A stretch of 62,868 nt of DNA, filler included, from Rhabdomonas costata (GCA_019059605.1; 38 parts of 38 records of this genome joined end to end with filler, not necessarily neighbours in it), one strand, 5' to 3'. Positions 38,289 through 50,975 are shown, counted from the first letter of the whole stretch. Notes: generated by a model not told the origin, from the sequence alone. A program made the numbers and translations.

Positions 38289-39169
38289 TTTAGATCCAAG
38301 CGTCATCAACTGCACACAACCAAAGACAAACACAGTGGTATTGCAAAGTACAAAGCTCGCCTCGATAAAGGCCTAATCAGACGAGATTTCACAGCTTTTG
38401 ACTTTAATCACAGGTCATCAAACGCCGTTGCTTGTGGGCAGAGTTCACACAAAGCAGCCCAGCAAAAGCCAGAATTAACATAAAGGCCCCCAACAGCCCT
38501 TTTCCTTCAGTGAACGACGAGTCCGGGTAAGTCTCCCTCTTGCGAAAAAGAATCCCAGGAAATTTCGAAATTTTGCAAATAACAGCTTTGCATTGTGGAG
38601 CTCCGGGAGAGAGAGCTTGCGTTTCTCCAGGTATTCAGGTGGTCACCCGACCACACTTGCCAAAATCATCACATCCACAAATCGGATAATTGACTCGACT
38701 TGAAAAAAGCACCACCGAAAAGTAGGGGCTGACTCTCACCAATATTGCTCAACTCCCGAAAAAGTGCATTTACGCAACCATCACTCGTGATTTACACCCT
38801 GATGTGGTCCATAACCCCTAAATGACCGAAACACAAAAGGTGGTTAAATCTCGATGTCCACAATCATATTACGCCCGTTAATTTTCATTTCGGGGAGGCG
38901 GATATAAATGAGCCACACAGGTTCGGGGTGAAGCTGAATGTACCGCTTCCAAAACATCCAAAGCCCTTTCGAAGTATACCCCACACACCACCACCTCCAC
39001 CTTCTTCAGAAGAGGATAATAATGCGGCACACATGGAAACAGCGCGCCACACGTAATGCGATTCATAGAGCCACAGCATACGCCGATCCCGTTTGCAAAA
39101 AAGAGAGAGCAGCAAAGGGATGGGTGCGAGCAAAGGAAAGGAATACCCCCGGGGAGTAGCGACATTCAC

Positions 39170-39619
39170 TTCAAGAATGTCAGGAAGCATTTCCCGGGCA
39201 AAACGCATACAGACATACCTCGAGCGGCAGCGGGGGTGCGGCAAGGTGAGCTGGGAAGATGCCCATACAAAACCTCGCCAAGCACACACACATGCAAACA
39301 CACACACACACGTACGCAACGAGGGCAGCACCGTGCAAGTGCGCCCTTACTCACGTTCCCCGGAAAGCATACCTGCGATCCCCACCCGCAAAGCTACACA
39401 CGTCCCACTCTGGTAGATCACCGCAAGCGAATCCAATTGGGTGGTTGAGGTGGAGACATAGAACCTCTTAAAAGATCGAAAGAGGCGCCAAAAATGCTTC
39501 ATCGCCAAAAACAGAATACCAAACTTCCTCGCTGCGTTTTCCTCTATAGCGGCAACAAGAGGCCGGGGCAGATCGGAATGATCCGGTAGGTTCTCCAAAA
39601 CAAATCCATATTCTGGCAT
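39170..39619 (-). CDS. Hypothetical protein, short exons
   Basis: MPEYGFVLENLPDHSDLPRPLVAAIEENAARKF, FYVSTSTTQLDSLAVIYQSG and YVCMRFAREMLPDILE with plausible splice sites. Confidence 0.35.
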
Positions 39620-39804
39620 GCGTCACCCCGAAAAGTTAGACGTAAATGTGGAAAATCAAATTAGTGTCCGAAAAAACAAACAANNNNNNNNNNNNNNNNN
39701 NNNNNNNNNNNNNNNNNNNNNNNNNNNTTAATTAATTAANNNNNNNNNNNNNNNNNNNNNNNNNNNNNNNNNNNNNNNNNNNNTTTTTTGGCTGCATTAC
39801 ATCA

Positions 39805-41016
39805 ATGGCTTCGTCCGCGGGCTCTCGACGCGGCTTTCTGCTTTCTTGGTTATTCATCTCCGTGGTTCATACCAGCTTTGTACTAGCTGAGTCTTTGACC
39901 TTTTCCAGTTCTCTCCCTAGTTTATTTGTCGTCATGTCTCCTGGACCGACCTTTTGCCGATCCACCCGCGAGTGGCTGCGCCCGCACGGGTCCTCCGTTA
40001 AGCTGCTGTGCTTCTCTGACCTTCCGGAGCTGCTTCAAGACAAGGCCTGGACCTACCTCCCTTTGCTCGACTATCTTGTCTCCGAGCTGCACCTCTCATT
40101 CACATGGCTAACCTTGCTGCACCCCCTGGCCAGGCATGATTTCCAAGGGGAGTGGGTAGACATCCTTGGCAGGCTGCATAAGGGACGATCCGCCTTGCAG
40201 GACGCCGTGTACTTCGGGTTTCCCACGAAGGACACAGAGATGTCCGTCCGGCACCACTATTTTTTGGCTCCCTGGGCGTACCCTGTGGTGTGCGAGCCAC
40301 TGGTGCTGAGCTACGCCCTGGTCGCGGCGGTGTCGGCGGCTGTGAAGGCGGAGCAGAGTGAGCACCGGCCGGGCTTCAGTATTGACGCGGAGCATGAACT
40401 GGCGAAGTTCCTCGTGGTATTTATGTGTGCGGCGTGGTGGTTGGCATTTATCGCAAGTATTTGCAATTTTGATGCGCGTGCTGCGACAATTTCACGCTTT
40501 TGGTTGAATTGAAAAAACATCTTCACACAAATACCTCAATTTTGCATAAATTGTTCTTCCTCGAACAGATTTTCTCCCTACAAAGTGTGCTTATCTCCCG
40601 CACTCCTCCTCTCCTCATGGTATCTGCTGGTGTTTTCTGCGCCGGACTTTGAACACTGATAATAATGTGATGTTGTTCTGCATTTGCAGGACAAGTTGAA
40701 GGTGGAGATCACGCCGTTTCGTGCAGTAGTGTCCCGTGCGATGATTTCCCGCGCCAAGCGGCCCCCAGCCTACCCCGAACTAGAGCCTCCACCCTCATCC
40801 ACAGAGAGCCCCTCGGAGCCTGCGTCAGCTCCGCTTTCCCTGGACGAGGTAGTCTTCGTGGTGAAGACTGTGAAGCGATACCACGACACCCGGATCCCCG
40901 TGCTGAAGCGGACATGGCTCATGGACGGGGCAGCGCCTGTGGTGGTGATGTACTCGAATGAGGATGTTGGGGACCCCCAGGTCCCCACGGTGTGGAAGGG
41001 CATCACCAACACTGAG
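39805..41016 (+). CDS. B3GLCT: Beta-1,3-glucosyltransferase (GT31, fringe-like), 5' part (2 exons)
   Basis: Signal anchor; exons 39805-40416 and 40690-41016 with AWTYLPLL, D.E.SVRHHY, FSIDAEHELAKFL, VKTVKRYHDTRIPVLKRTW and PTV..GITNTE. These are collinear with B3GLCT motifs as I recall them. Confidence 0.85.
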
Positions 41017-41440
41017 GTATTGGTGAGCCACCGAGAGGGCGATTTTACCGCTTCGTCCCCCCCAGAAGCTTCTAAATGGAAAGCGCAGTGAAAAGGCATT
41101 TTCGGACTCGCTGAAGTTAGCGAAAGGTAAAGACAACGAACGCTCTGTTTCTTTTACTTCTGTTGGTTGGTTATTGTACATGTACCATTCCCGAGCCAAA
41201 CAACGTGAACCGGATCCAGAGCCGTAAAAGTTGCCGCGCAACTTTTCTCCTGCAAGGGTGAATCGGTTTCAAACCCGTCTCGTGTCTTGTGAAAAAGAAA
41301 AATGTTCACCACCAAAGCGATTTCTTGTTACCACCACCCCNNNNNNNNNNNNNNNNNNNNNNNNNNNNNNNNNNNNNNNNNNNNTTAATTAATTAANNNN
41401 NNNNNNNNNNNNNNNNNNNNNNNNNNNNNNNNNNNNNNNN

Positions 41441-42957
41441 TCGCTCCAGCAAGAGAAGGGCATGAAGGCGAAATCAGCCTCATCGCTGACAGAAAGGTTC
41501 CTGGAACCACTCACCCACACCCTCTTCAGACCTTGGTTGCACCCGGACTGCCCAGAACCATTCCCCAGGAACGGGCCCAGCGCAACTCCCTCAACAACAA
41601 AGATCGACGTGGTGTACAGTGCCTCTAAAAACTTAGAGGCATTCCGAATGTCCGCGGCATTCATCCGCTGAAGAACACTGGGAATGAACCGACCCACCAC
41701 GTAGCCTTCCAGGGAGGAAAAGTCCGGACTGGCCGAGGTATTCAGGGCGGCAAGCGCTGCCCGATATGCCCGGGCTAGGGAAGAGTTCGGGTCCGTGGGC
41801 GAAGGTACGACGTGCGTGAAAAGCGAGCGCACATTCAGTCTTTGCAGCACACCTACCAGCTCCGTTGAGGTGGCCTCCGATGTCAACAGGTACAAAGTGT
41901 CCGAGGAGTACCTCTGGGAGGCCACTGTAAGAACCGACGGGGCGGCCTGCCTGGAGACGGAGAGAACAATCACCTCGGGAGCGAATGGATCCCTCAGCAG
42001 TATTCCGGGGTCTGCCCCCGCCACTGTGTAATTGCTCAGGATCTCGTAGCTCCCGCTGCTAAACCGCACAATGTTGAGCTCGGTGAGGGCTATGCTCCAG
42101 GGCAAAACTTCCGCCGATGAAAGCCCACGGTCGTTGGTGTACAGCAACGAGACTCGGGTGTAGGGTGTGTTCTGCACTACGTAAGAAAGCAAGGCATTGA
42201 TCTCATCGCTGATCGAAGCTCGAACATTGATCACATTGCTGGAAAACTGCGTTCGAAGAAGCCCCGAACCAGCAGCGGGCCCAATGAAGGGAACCCCCTG
42301 CCCTGCAAGGGACGCTTTCAAAGCTAAGGCGATGGAGTCCCCGAGATACCCGACAAGCCCAAAAACATTCTGCTGGCGAAGCAAGGATACCGTATTGTTC
42401 AGGCAAAGCGAGGAATTTCCGCCATCATCCATCGAGATCAGTCTGAGCTGATAGCCATACACACCGTCCAGACGGTTTTGCTCGGCAAAGGCCGCTCGAA
42501 GCCCCAGTGCCAGACCTCCACCCACTGGGTCACCCAACGCTGCCGATTGCCCGAAGAGAAGGAACTTGGGAAGCACCGTCGCGGGATCACTGGCGCACTC
42601 TGCGAAGGAAAAATGGGAGTCTGGAATCTCCTCATAGTACCCCGTGGTGCCAACTCGGTAGATCCACACCTCCCGAAGACCTTGGTTACACCCTGAGACA
42701 TCGGTTTTCGAAAACGGCCCAAAGCGCAGCTCATCCACCGTAATGGTGCCAGCATCGTAAAGAGTTTGCAAGAAATCCGTGGAAAGCTGCGTTCCCGCAG
42801 AAAGATCCATGCGCTCCAGTACGGCAATCGTAAATCGAGCCGAGATGTATGCCTCCAGCGAAACAAAGCTCGGGGTGTCTGATGGGCTGTAGGTGGCCAC
42901 CGCTGAGCGAAAAGTCGAAGCCACAAGGCTCTGTACATCACGGGGCGACGGAACCAC
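41441..42957 (-). CDS. Tandem type-1 periplasmic-binding (Venus flytrap) domains; probable ectodomain of a receptor-type adenylate cyclase or kinase
   Basis: Open exon of about 505 aa after a CAG acceptor: FGQSAAL..GLRAAFAEQNR..GVYGYQLRLISMDDG..VFGLVGYLG..NVINVRAS. The repeat end SLExY..RF..GPF..CNQGL..VW occurs twice. Confidence 0.85.
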
Positions 42958-44272
42958 CTGGGAAAAAATCACATTGTCGGTCTGGTTCCCCAGAAGTNNN
43001 NNNNNNNNNNNNNNNNNNNNNNNNNNNNNNNNNNNNNNNNNTTAATTAATTAANNNNNNNNNNNNNNNNNNNNNNNNNNNNNNNNNNNNNNNNNNNNATC
43101 GTGATTGACCATCGTGAGCACCAAAAGTGGTTTGTTTTGCCTTCTTCGATAAATTCCCAGCGCGGAACTCCATGTGAGGGTGGGTGCTTTTGTGATGAGG
43201 GAAAGCGCCTATGCTCTTTCCATTATATTTGGTTTTTTGTTTTCATTATGTTTGTTCGGTTTCTCTTGCTTCAGGTCTTTTGAAGCACTTTTTCCATAAA
43301 TAAGAGCGGTCATCCCACCCCCCCCGAACGCGAAAGGGCAGAGAAGGTTGAGGGGGAGGGTTTTACGTGCCTGTTATGCTTGCGTAGTGGATTGTGGTCT
43401 CACTCTTAATTGCTTCGTGCACAGCTGTGCACACACTTTTTGTGCGATGATGTCTTGTGGTATGCCGTGCCATTGTGCTTTGCTGGTTCCGAGGGGAAAC
43501 CCTCTGTCCGCTTCCCTTCCCCACTCCTTGCACTCGTGTGGCCTGCTTGCTGAGCTTTTTAGCGCGCCCGTTTCTCTTCTTCTTGTGCCCGCACCCGGTT
43601 TGTCCTCGCAGCCCACCGGTGGGACCCTTGGACAGGTCACCCACCAAATTCTAAGACCCTTGAGAGTTCTCAGCTGGCGGGTTTCACAGAAAAACAAATA
43701 ATAGAAATATACTAAAACGGGTAGCTTGTGATGTCTTGTGCTCGGTGCCAGGCCAAAATGTGTGCACATCTGGAACACCAATTCGACTGTGCGTCCGCCC
43801 TCTCTAATTGTCCCATATTACTTCTGCGCCAACATCCCCACCAGCACGTCGAATAGTCTTTTTTTTTCGGGGATTGATGCCGAAACGAAGAGGGCCTTCT
43901 CCTGCAGTCTTGCAGTTTTGTGTGTGAGTGTGATTACTTGCCCCAATATTCTGCGGAACCCCCTAATTCGCGGTGAGGGTACTGGCAATATGCACTGGCC
44001 AGTATCTCACCCCATCCCGAATCCGATTGTCTGTCCCCACATCCGCTCCCTTTTTGCCGTAACCATTGCGCTGTGTACCTTTCCCTTTTTTTTGTTACCG
44101 TGCTTCCCAGTTTGAGCTTTACCTTTCATTCCTAAGTTTTTTTTCCACTTTGAACATTACTGGACACCACTTGGAATCTGTGTGTACGGATTGTCTCTGG
44201 CTCTGCTGATGTGGATAACGGAAAGTCTTCTTTCTGCTCTTGGGTTTCATTGGGGCCTCTTGTATTTTTTTC

Positions 44273-44545
44273 TGGGGGGGGGAGCGTTAACCGTTTAGCA
44301 CCGCTAAACGGTCACGAATTCCCAAAACCCCGCTCAAATAAAAATATGTACTTCCAAGTATTTCTAGGGGTCAGAAAAACAGTATACCTAACCCTAGTTT
44401 GCTAAAATGGATGTATTTAGAGGTAGTAGACAGTTTACCTAACCCCTGTGACCTAAAAATAACATACAAAAATGTGTCTGATTCGGACGTTTACCGCTAA
44501 ACGTTTAGCGTTGCTAAGTTGCTAAACGGAGCATTGCCCACCCCA
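44273..44545. mobile_element. Candidate MITE with imperfect G-tract termini and palindromic CGTTTAGC/GCTAAACG subterminal motifs
   Basis: Left GGGGGGGGGAGCGTTAACCGTTTAGCACCGCTAAACGG; right end reverse-complement TGGGGTGGGCAATGCTCCGTTTAGCAAC..GCTAAACG. Interior is AT-rich. Confidence 0.4.
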
Positions 44546-44990
44546 TGAAACGTCCCAACCCATCCGCCCGGTCGCGCCGCGGCTGGGCTTCACACCCAAA
44601 CTAATCAAAATCCCTTTTATATTGCCGTCTCCTGGGAACCGTTCACCACACAANNNNNNNNNNNNNNNNNNNNNNNNNNNNNNNNNNNNNNNNNNNNTTA
44701 ATTAATTAANNNNNNNNNNNNNNNNNNNNNNNNNNNNNNNNNNNNNNNNNNNNTGTGGGGTTGAGAATCTCTGTTTGCGCGAACAGCCGAAAACAAGCAG
44801 GCAATAGCGACCACTGCCTCGCGCAAACAGAGATTCTCGACTCCACATTGACATGGTCCAAGCTGTTGAGTGGTGACCACGCGTTTGCCAGTAGCGCGTC
44901 CCCGGACGGGGATCCATGTGTTGCTGGCCATTACTGGTTTGCGCAGATGCAGCCCGGAAGATCAACAAGGAAAGCGTCGCGGAAGAGCAC

Positions 44991-45095
44991 GAAGTAGCCC
45001 GCCCAGGAAGTAAGCCCTCTGAAGAAGTAAGTCCTGTGCGTAATCGGCAAGCCCACGAAGTAAGTGCATAAAGAATTAAGCCCCGTGAAGTAGCA
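44991..45095 (+). repeat. Degenerate ~16-17 nt periodic GAAGTA(A)G array
   Basis: Cores at 44991, 45007, 45024, 45057, 45073 and 45087. Confidence 0.7.
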
Positions 45096-45450
45096 CTTCC
45101 TAACCGACGCGGTGTGACTGATGTGACTGATGTCTATCCTATCGGGTTCAGCCTCCTGTACAGCGAGTCACTGAAGTTTGAAGGCGCTGGAGCTTCAAAG
45201 GACTGCTTTTCTGGGGTCTTCGCGCTACACAGTGACGGCACCTCCGGTGAACGACACGGATGAGTACTCGGTAGAGACGATGGTTCGTTTTATCGCGTAG
45301 ATGCGGAGAGAGCAGGCCATCTGTGCCGCCCGTTTCTCCGAAGCGTAGGTCGAGCTTTGAGCCCGGGGTGGCGTCAGGAAGGCTGGCATCACACACTCCT
45401 ATCTTCCGTTATGGGCAGTGCATCGAGGAGTTCACTGCTGGCTGCATCCC

Positions 45451-45501
45451 TTCGTTCGTTCCTTCGTTCGTTCTTTCCTTAATTCGTTCGTTTATTCGTT
45501 C
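45451..45501 (+). repeat. Degenerate (TTCG)n microsatellite
   Basis: Directly visible. Confidence 0.75.
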
Positions 45502-46046
45502 GCTCGCCCGCTCGCATGTTACTTCGTTCGAAGGCCAGCCGCCGCGTAAACCTTGCTGACGTTCTTTAGGGAGCAGGGGGTCAGGTGCAATTTTCCAGGT
45601 ACCCTTGGCCGAAGCAGGCGACCCAACTAACCGACCTTTTTCGATGGACGAGGACCTTTCAACAATTCCTAAAAGCGCAAGCTCATTACCCAAAACGCCA
45701 TAACCATAAAATCAATGTTGAATGTGAGAACTCTTTCAAATTGATTTTCCAGGAAATATGTCTGAGGGATGTGTTTAGAGAAAAATTGTTGTCATTACGG
45801 TCGGTGCAGTTGTAACAGCCGAACTCTCCGGAGGACTCCCACTTCACTTTGCAGATGAAAGACCTCGCCTGCGTCACTTGACCTCACTTCCCCGCACCGC
45901 CGTTCTTATTTCCGCTGGACCACCCCGGCGTCGGGCGACGAAGTCTCCCACCTTGGGGTGAGACAAGGAGGCGGCACCTACACAGAGTGTAAGCGCTAGA
46001 CATAGAAAGAGCAGAAATGCAGGGGCACGAGGGGGGTGGGGTGAGC

Positions 46047-46310
46047 CCTAAACCCAACAGCCTTACCCTCAGTCCCAAACCAAACAACTTCACCCCAACA
46101 CCCAGCCCTAACACACTGGACCCGAAGGCCATCACGGACACCACAACCCTTGGCCCCAACCATTACACGCTGACCCGGAGCCCCAACCCTAATGCCCTAA
46201 CCCTGTACCCTGAGCACCGAGCCTAACACCCTTGCCCTCAGTCCCCACCCTGAGCCCCATCCCTAACACAACAAACCTCAGCCCCAACCTTATCAGTCGG
46301 ACACCAACCC
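46047..46310 (+). repeat. Degenerate CCCTAA-like C-rich repeat tract
   Basis: Many variants (CCCTAA, CCCCAA, CCCTGA, CCCTCA). A similar C/A-rich tract lies at 26090-26427. Confidence 0.7.
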
Positions 46311-48429
46311 NNNNNNNNNNNNNNNNNNNNNNNNNNNNNNNNNNNNNNNNNNNNTTAATTAATTAANNNNNNNNNNNNNNNNNNNNNNNNNNNNNNNNNN
46401 NNNNNNNNNNGGTGTGGTTTCTGCTGCGCATGCTTTATGCAACCTTAAGATGTCGGACAGCTGACAGTGCTGACATCTGAAGGTTGCATAAAGCATGCGC
46501 AGCAGAAAGCAGACCACCAACGACCGTACCTCTGGGACCCCAGTATACGAAGTCCGCTTCCTTGACATGACTGCGGGCAGGCTCAATGAAGTTCGCCAGC
46601 TCCCACTTCGCGTACCTATCGGCTGGAAAGAGGAAAGGAAATAAATGGGAAAGAAAGTGGAAACCGCGCAGCCGACGGTGTCTAGGTCAGCTTATGCGTG
46701 GGCGACGTGAACAAAGCCACTGGAAGCAACCATCTGTTGAACCAACCAAATAGATTCATTCCATAATTTGGAGCAATTCTCCTGCGGTTTTGCTGCATTG
46801 TAAGCGATGCGGCTTCCAGCTTTTAACTGAAGCCCGGGTGGACCTGCGTTCCGGCGTTGGTGAGTGCTATAGTGATTCTGATTTTGCCTTCGGCTACCCG
46901 ACGACAAAATCCTCCGACGCGCCCACTGCAGATATGCACGCAGAGCTGCTCGCCCTACTCCGGACACCTCCGTACCTTGCAATTAAAAGTACCAAAACTG
47001 ACCAACGCGAATTAAGGAATTTTGCTTTGCAGTGCTACATTCAGAGGGAAGTAGCCACCTTCAAACGCGTTTCGTAGGCTTAAAGCCAACATGCCTTTCA
47101 GACTTTCAGCAAAAGCACAGGATTCATCATCACCACCAAACCAGACAAACATGTGAGTATCTGACGACATGACATGGTACAAACAACGATTCCATGGAAA
47201 GGACTCAACCCTGCAGTCCAAGAACTCGATAATGGCGGGCTGAGAGGCGAAGAAACACAACCACAAGGCACGCCGCGGCGATCCAAAAAAAATAATACAA
47301 AAAACCAATTGACAATTGTAATGCAGGCGAACGATGCATATTGTTATGTTCGCTCTTCATTTCTTGCTCCATCCTTTAATACTGCGATATATCTCTTAAT
47401 GGCAGGGGAGACTGTGCTTTCCAGGATAGACCCTCATGTTGTAAGGGAAGAAGCTGCCAAAGGTGAGAGAAATCTCAAGAGCCATCAAAAGAGCCCCCCT
47501 GCAAGGACGGCAGAGCAACTATAGTTTTGTCTCCTTCAAAACAACGCAGGCTTCGGCACGCCTGAAGGAGACCCTATTTGTTTTTCAAAAAGATGTTCAC
47601 TTCCAATTGTTTCCCACGACCTTCTTTTTATTTTCTGCCTTTAGTTTCTTTTTTCAATCGGAGAGGGACGCGGGACGCTTCAAAAAACCCAAAGCTGTTT
47701 CAAATGCAGGCAAACTTTCCCTAGTTTTTCTCAATGCCTGATCTGCAAAGCGTGCGAAGATTTCTTTTCACGGACACTTCCCATCTCCCTTTGCCACCGG
47801 TAACGCAGTGACCTCAAGGCATCACAATGGTGTACTGCTGGGACTCCGTCGCCGAGCGGCGATCCTCCCGGGTGAGGTCCACCGCCACCACCACAACCAC
47901 CTCCACCACGGCGGGAGGGCGCCGTCCTGACGTCCCCCGCTACATTCTTCCTCGCCGACCCCCCACANNNNNNNNNNNNNNNNNNNNNNNNNNNNNNNNN
48001 NNNNNNNNNNNTTAATTAATTAANNNNNNNNNNNNNNNNNNNNNNNNNNNNNNNNNNNNNNNNNNNNTTGTGGTGGGAAGAGAGGGCAAAGGGATGGGCG
48101 GAACGGTGCGCCGGAATAGGGTTGTGGGGCTATGCGTGTGGAATTAATAGCCAGCCCGTTCCCCTTACTATTAGCCCCTCCCTCATCAAACCATTGAGAA
48201 GTGATAACGCACCTGCACACTCCTTACGGATATGGTGTTCAAGTTCTATATCATTCAAGCAACGCTGAACCCAACGCGCTACGGTGCAGCTCAATCCAAA
48301 TATGCAAACCCGGTGTATTAAATGAATTTCGGAATAATATGTGTGTGATTCAGGGTCGACACGGAAGGGTCGAAGAAGACGATTTGGGATTTAAAAAAAA
48401 TTGTTGCACGGGTTTTTGAGCCCCGAAGG

Positions 48430-49575
48430 ACCTGCTTCTCCAGGGAGCCGCACTGCTCGTACACAGAAATCAGCTGCCGAGCAACACTGGCCTTCTCTTG
48501 CTCCAGATCAGCGACTGCCTTCCGAAGAGGCCCAAGCTGCTGCTCCGCCGCCGCAGCCCGAGAGGCCAGCTCTTTGCTGGCGGCCTCCTGGGCTGGGTCA
48601 GGCTGCCGCAAAGGACAGGCGGACAGGCGTAAACGTTTTACAAGACCAAATCTTATAAGTTAGATGGAATGGTCAAAATCCAAAATCTCACAGGTAAGAT
48701 TAGCGGCAAGAACGAGACCTTCAGAACATAAGCGAGAAACTTTGAAAATGAAACTCTCAATTCTGAACCCTCGATACCTCGTTTTCTCACACATCACCGT
48801 GCAACTGGTCGCCTGCATACTCTCAACCCGCCCTTTCTTCCAATGAAACTGCGGGTTACTGTCCAACTAACCTATGTCCGTGGTTCCAATCACGCGAGCA
48901 TCAGGCATCAAGCAACAGCGGTAGCCTAACTGGCGATAAAAGAGGGAAAAAGTCTGCAGCACATGCCCTGCGCAATGCACATAGTTCACAGGCCCTCCAC
49001 ACCGAGCTGACAGAGAGCTTGCGGAAGTCCAAACGGGGAAGTGTCACCACGTCAGTGGCGGTGGAAGGCCTGCGCAAAAGCCCAAGCCAAGGCACTTTTA
49101 CTGAGACGTGGCAAGCCGGTGCGAAACAAAGGCTATATTCAACTTAAACGGGGTTGGAGGTTTGGAGGGCAAACAAGTGATTCGGGAAGGGGAAGTTTCC
49201 ACCCGTGTGTTGTCCGAAGGTGCTCGAGCTTGTCCCTTGTGAGCTTGGGAGACGCGGTTTACCCTTGAAGCAGAACTTGTGTTTGGGCGCTAAATTTCTG
49301 CATTTCAGTTCTTTGTCGTTCTTGCGAAAACATCATCCACTTCATTCCCGCAGTGCTCACATGCAGTGATGATAAGGGTGAGTGAAGGAGGGCATCGACG
49401 GGAAATAATCCTCCGAGTGGAGGCTCCGGGGACAGAAGGGAGCCATGCCCTTTCGCCGAGCGGGGCGCGCTGAGCAAGGAGATGTTCAGGTTTTCCGAAG
49501 AGTCGACCTCCCCGTCGCCCAGGTTCCACAGCGTGTCCCACCGCCTGTCCGGGAAACGAAGCGTAACAGACTTAC
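48430..49575 (-). CDS. Hypothetical coiled-coil protein fragment (multi-exon)
   Basis: QEAASKELASRAAAAEQQLGPLRKAVADLEQEKASVARQL.. plus upstream coding-like segments. Confidence 0.45.
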
Positions 49576-50412
49576 CTTTGCCCACAACAGGTAAGAGCGA
49601 AGCCAAACAGCGTCCGACCCACGNNNNNNNNNNNNNNNNNNNNNNNNNNNNNNNNNNNNNNNNNNNNTTAATTAATTAANNNNNNNNNNNNNNNNNNNNN
49701 NNNNNNNNNNNNNNNNNNNNNNNGGTGGTTGGTGCTAGGGATTTCAAGAACAGTCAGGAGAGAAGGGTACTGGGGGTTGGGTGCTACAGTTACTATTCGG
49801 ACATCCCCCTTCCCGGCACACTTTCACCCAGCCAGCTACAGTGCAGTACGCTGCAATCAGCCTTACAAATCCTATTTCGCAACTCAGAATTTGTAACCAG
49901 ACACCATTGTTCACAGTTTGTACGGAAGGAAAAGGCAGTAATTTACAGCAAATAGCAGGATGTGTGTGGTGTGCGAGAAAGTAACATGCACACCTCCATG
50001 TTGCGTGGATCACTGGCACGTTGGGCTTGTTAGTGCGTGATATTGCGGTGTTAGTAGTATTTCGGTTAAGGCGACCCGGTTCAGCGGGCAGAGCATTGAT
50101 TGTATGCTCGAGCCGTCCTACTGTTATTTACACTGTGACTAGGGTCGAAATGGTGGGTTGGCGTCACTTTTTGAGGGTAACCGGACTCGAAATTTAGTTG
50201 TTTGGGTGTTGTGTGAATGGTCACCGTCCGCGAAGCATAAGCACGATAAGTATAGGCGGTGAAACAGCTCCGTAGGCTGGCTGAGATGTTTGTGGCGTTT
50301 GAAAGGCTGCTTCTCAGTTGCTCCACCCAAACATTTTCTCAGCTCGATTTTTTCTAAGCTGCCTTGACTCCTTTCTGCCTTTGCTGTCTTTCCTTTGCTG
50401 CCTGCCTTTGCG

Positions 50413-50975
50413 ATGCCTCCGCGCACGGACCTTTTGCTCCAAGCTCAGTCTCCAGAGGCGTGCCGGGCGACCTGTGCGGTGCTGCAGAGGATACTGTCGG
50501 GCATCTTGGAGCATCCCGATGACTCAAAGTTCCGGTACCTCCCATGGAAACACGATCGGATCCTATCTCTAAACGTCTCCTATCGCCTATATAGGCCTCC
50601 CGCCCCCCTCTTATGCGGCTTGGCACTATTGCCGGAATATGACCTTGTGAGTTTTGGCTGACAATTCTTGCGAACCAAGACCGAGTCAGCATGGGACTCG
50701 GTCCGGAAAGATTCATTTCTTGTGCATGAGGCTCTCTCATGTTTCTTAATATTTCATAATACGCTCGGCTTCAACACAGCGGGCTCAGGTCAAATCTGCG
50801 TAGTGTGTGGTGTTTTTCTTGCATTCTCCAGCCCACAATATCTAAATGGTGCATCCCTTTCAGGCACTTGAAGAAGCGAAGCCAAATCTTCCAGAAAAAT
50901 GTCTGGGGAGTGGTTGGGGCCCCGGAGTTTTTGGTTTCCCTGGGTTTTGTGGACGACGGTGACTGGGTCTACTTG
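50413..50975 (+). CDS. PUB-domain (p97/Cdc48-binding) protein, N-terminus (2 exons)
   Basis: Exons 50413-50534 and 50864-50975 join as VLQRILSGILEHPDDSKFRHLKKRSQIFQKNVWGVVGAPEFLVSLGF, the PUB consensus (I..NI..P...K[FY]R.I......F...V....G..EFL...GF). Confidence 0.9.

Noticed and set aside
41441-42997. Bacterial contaminant ABC substrate-binding gene
   Set aside because: Tandem domains in one ORF, a splice acceptor, Cys-containing linkers and sequons favour a eukaryotic receptor ectodomain.
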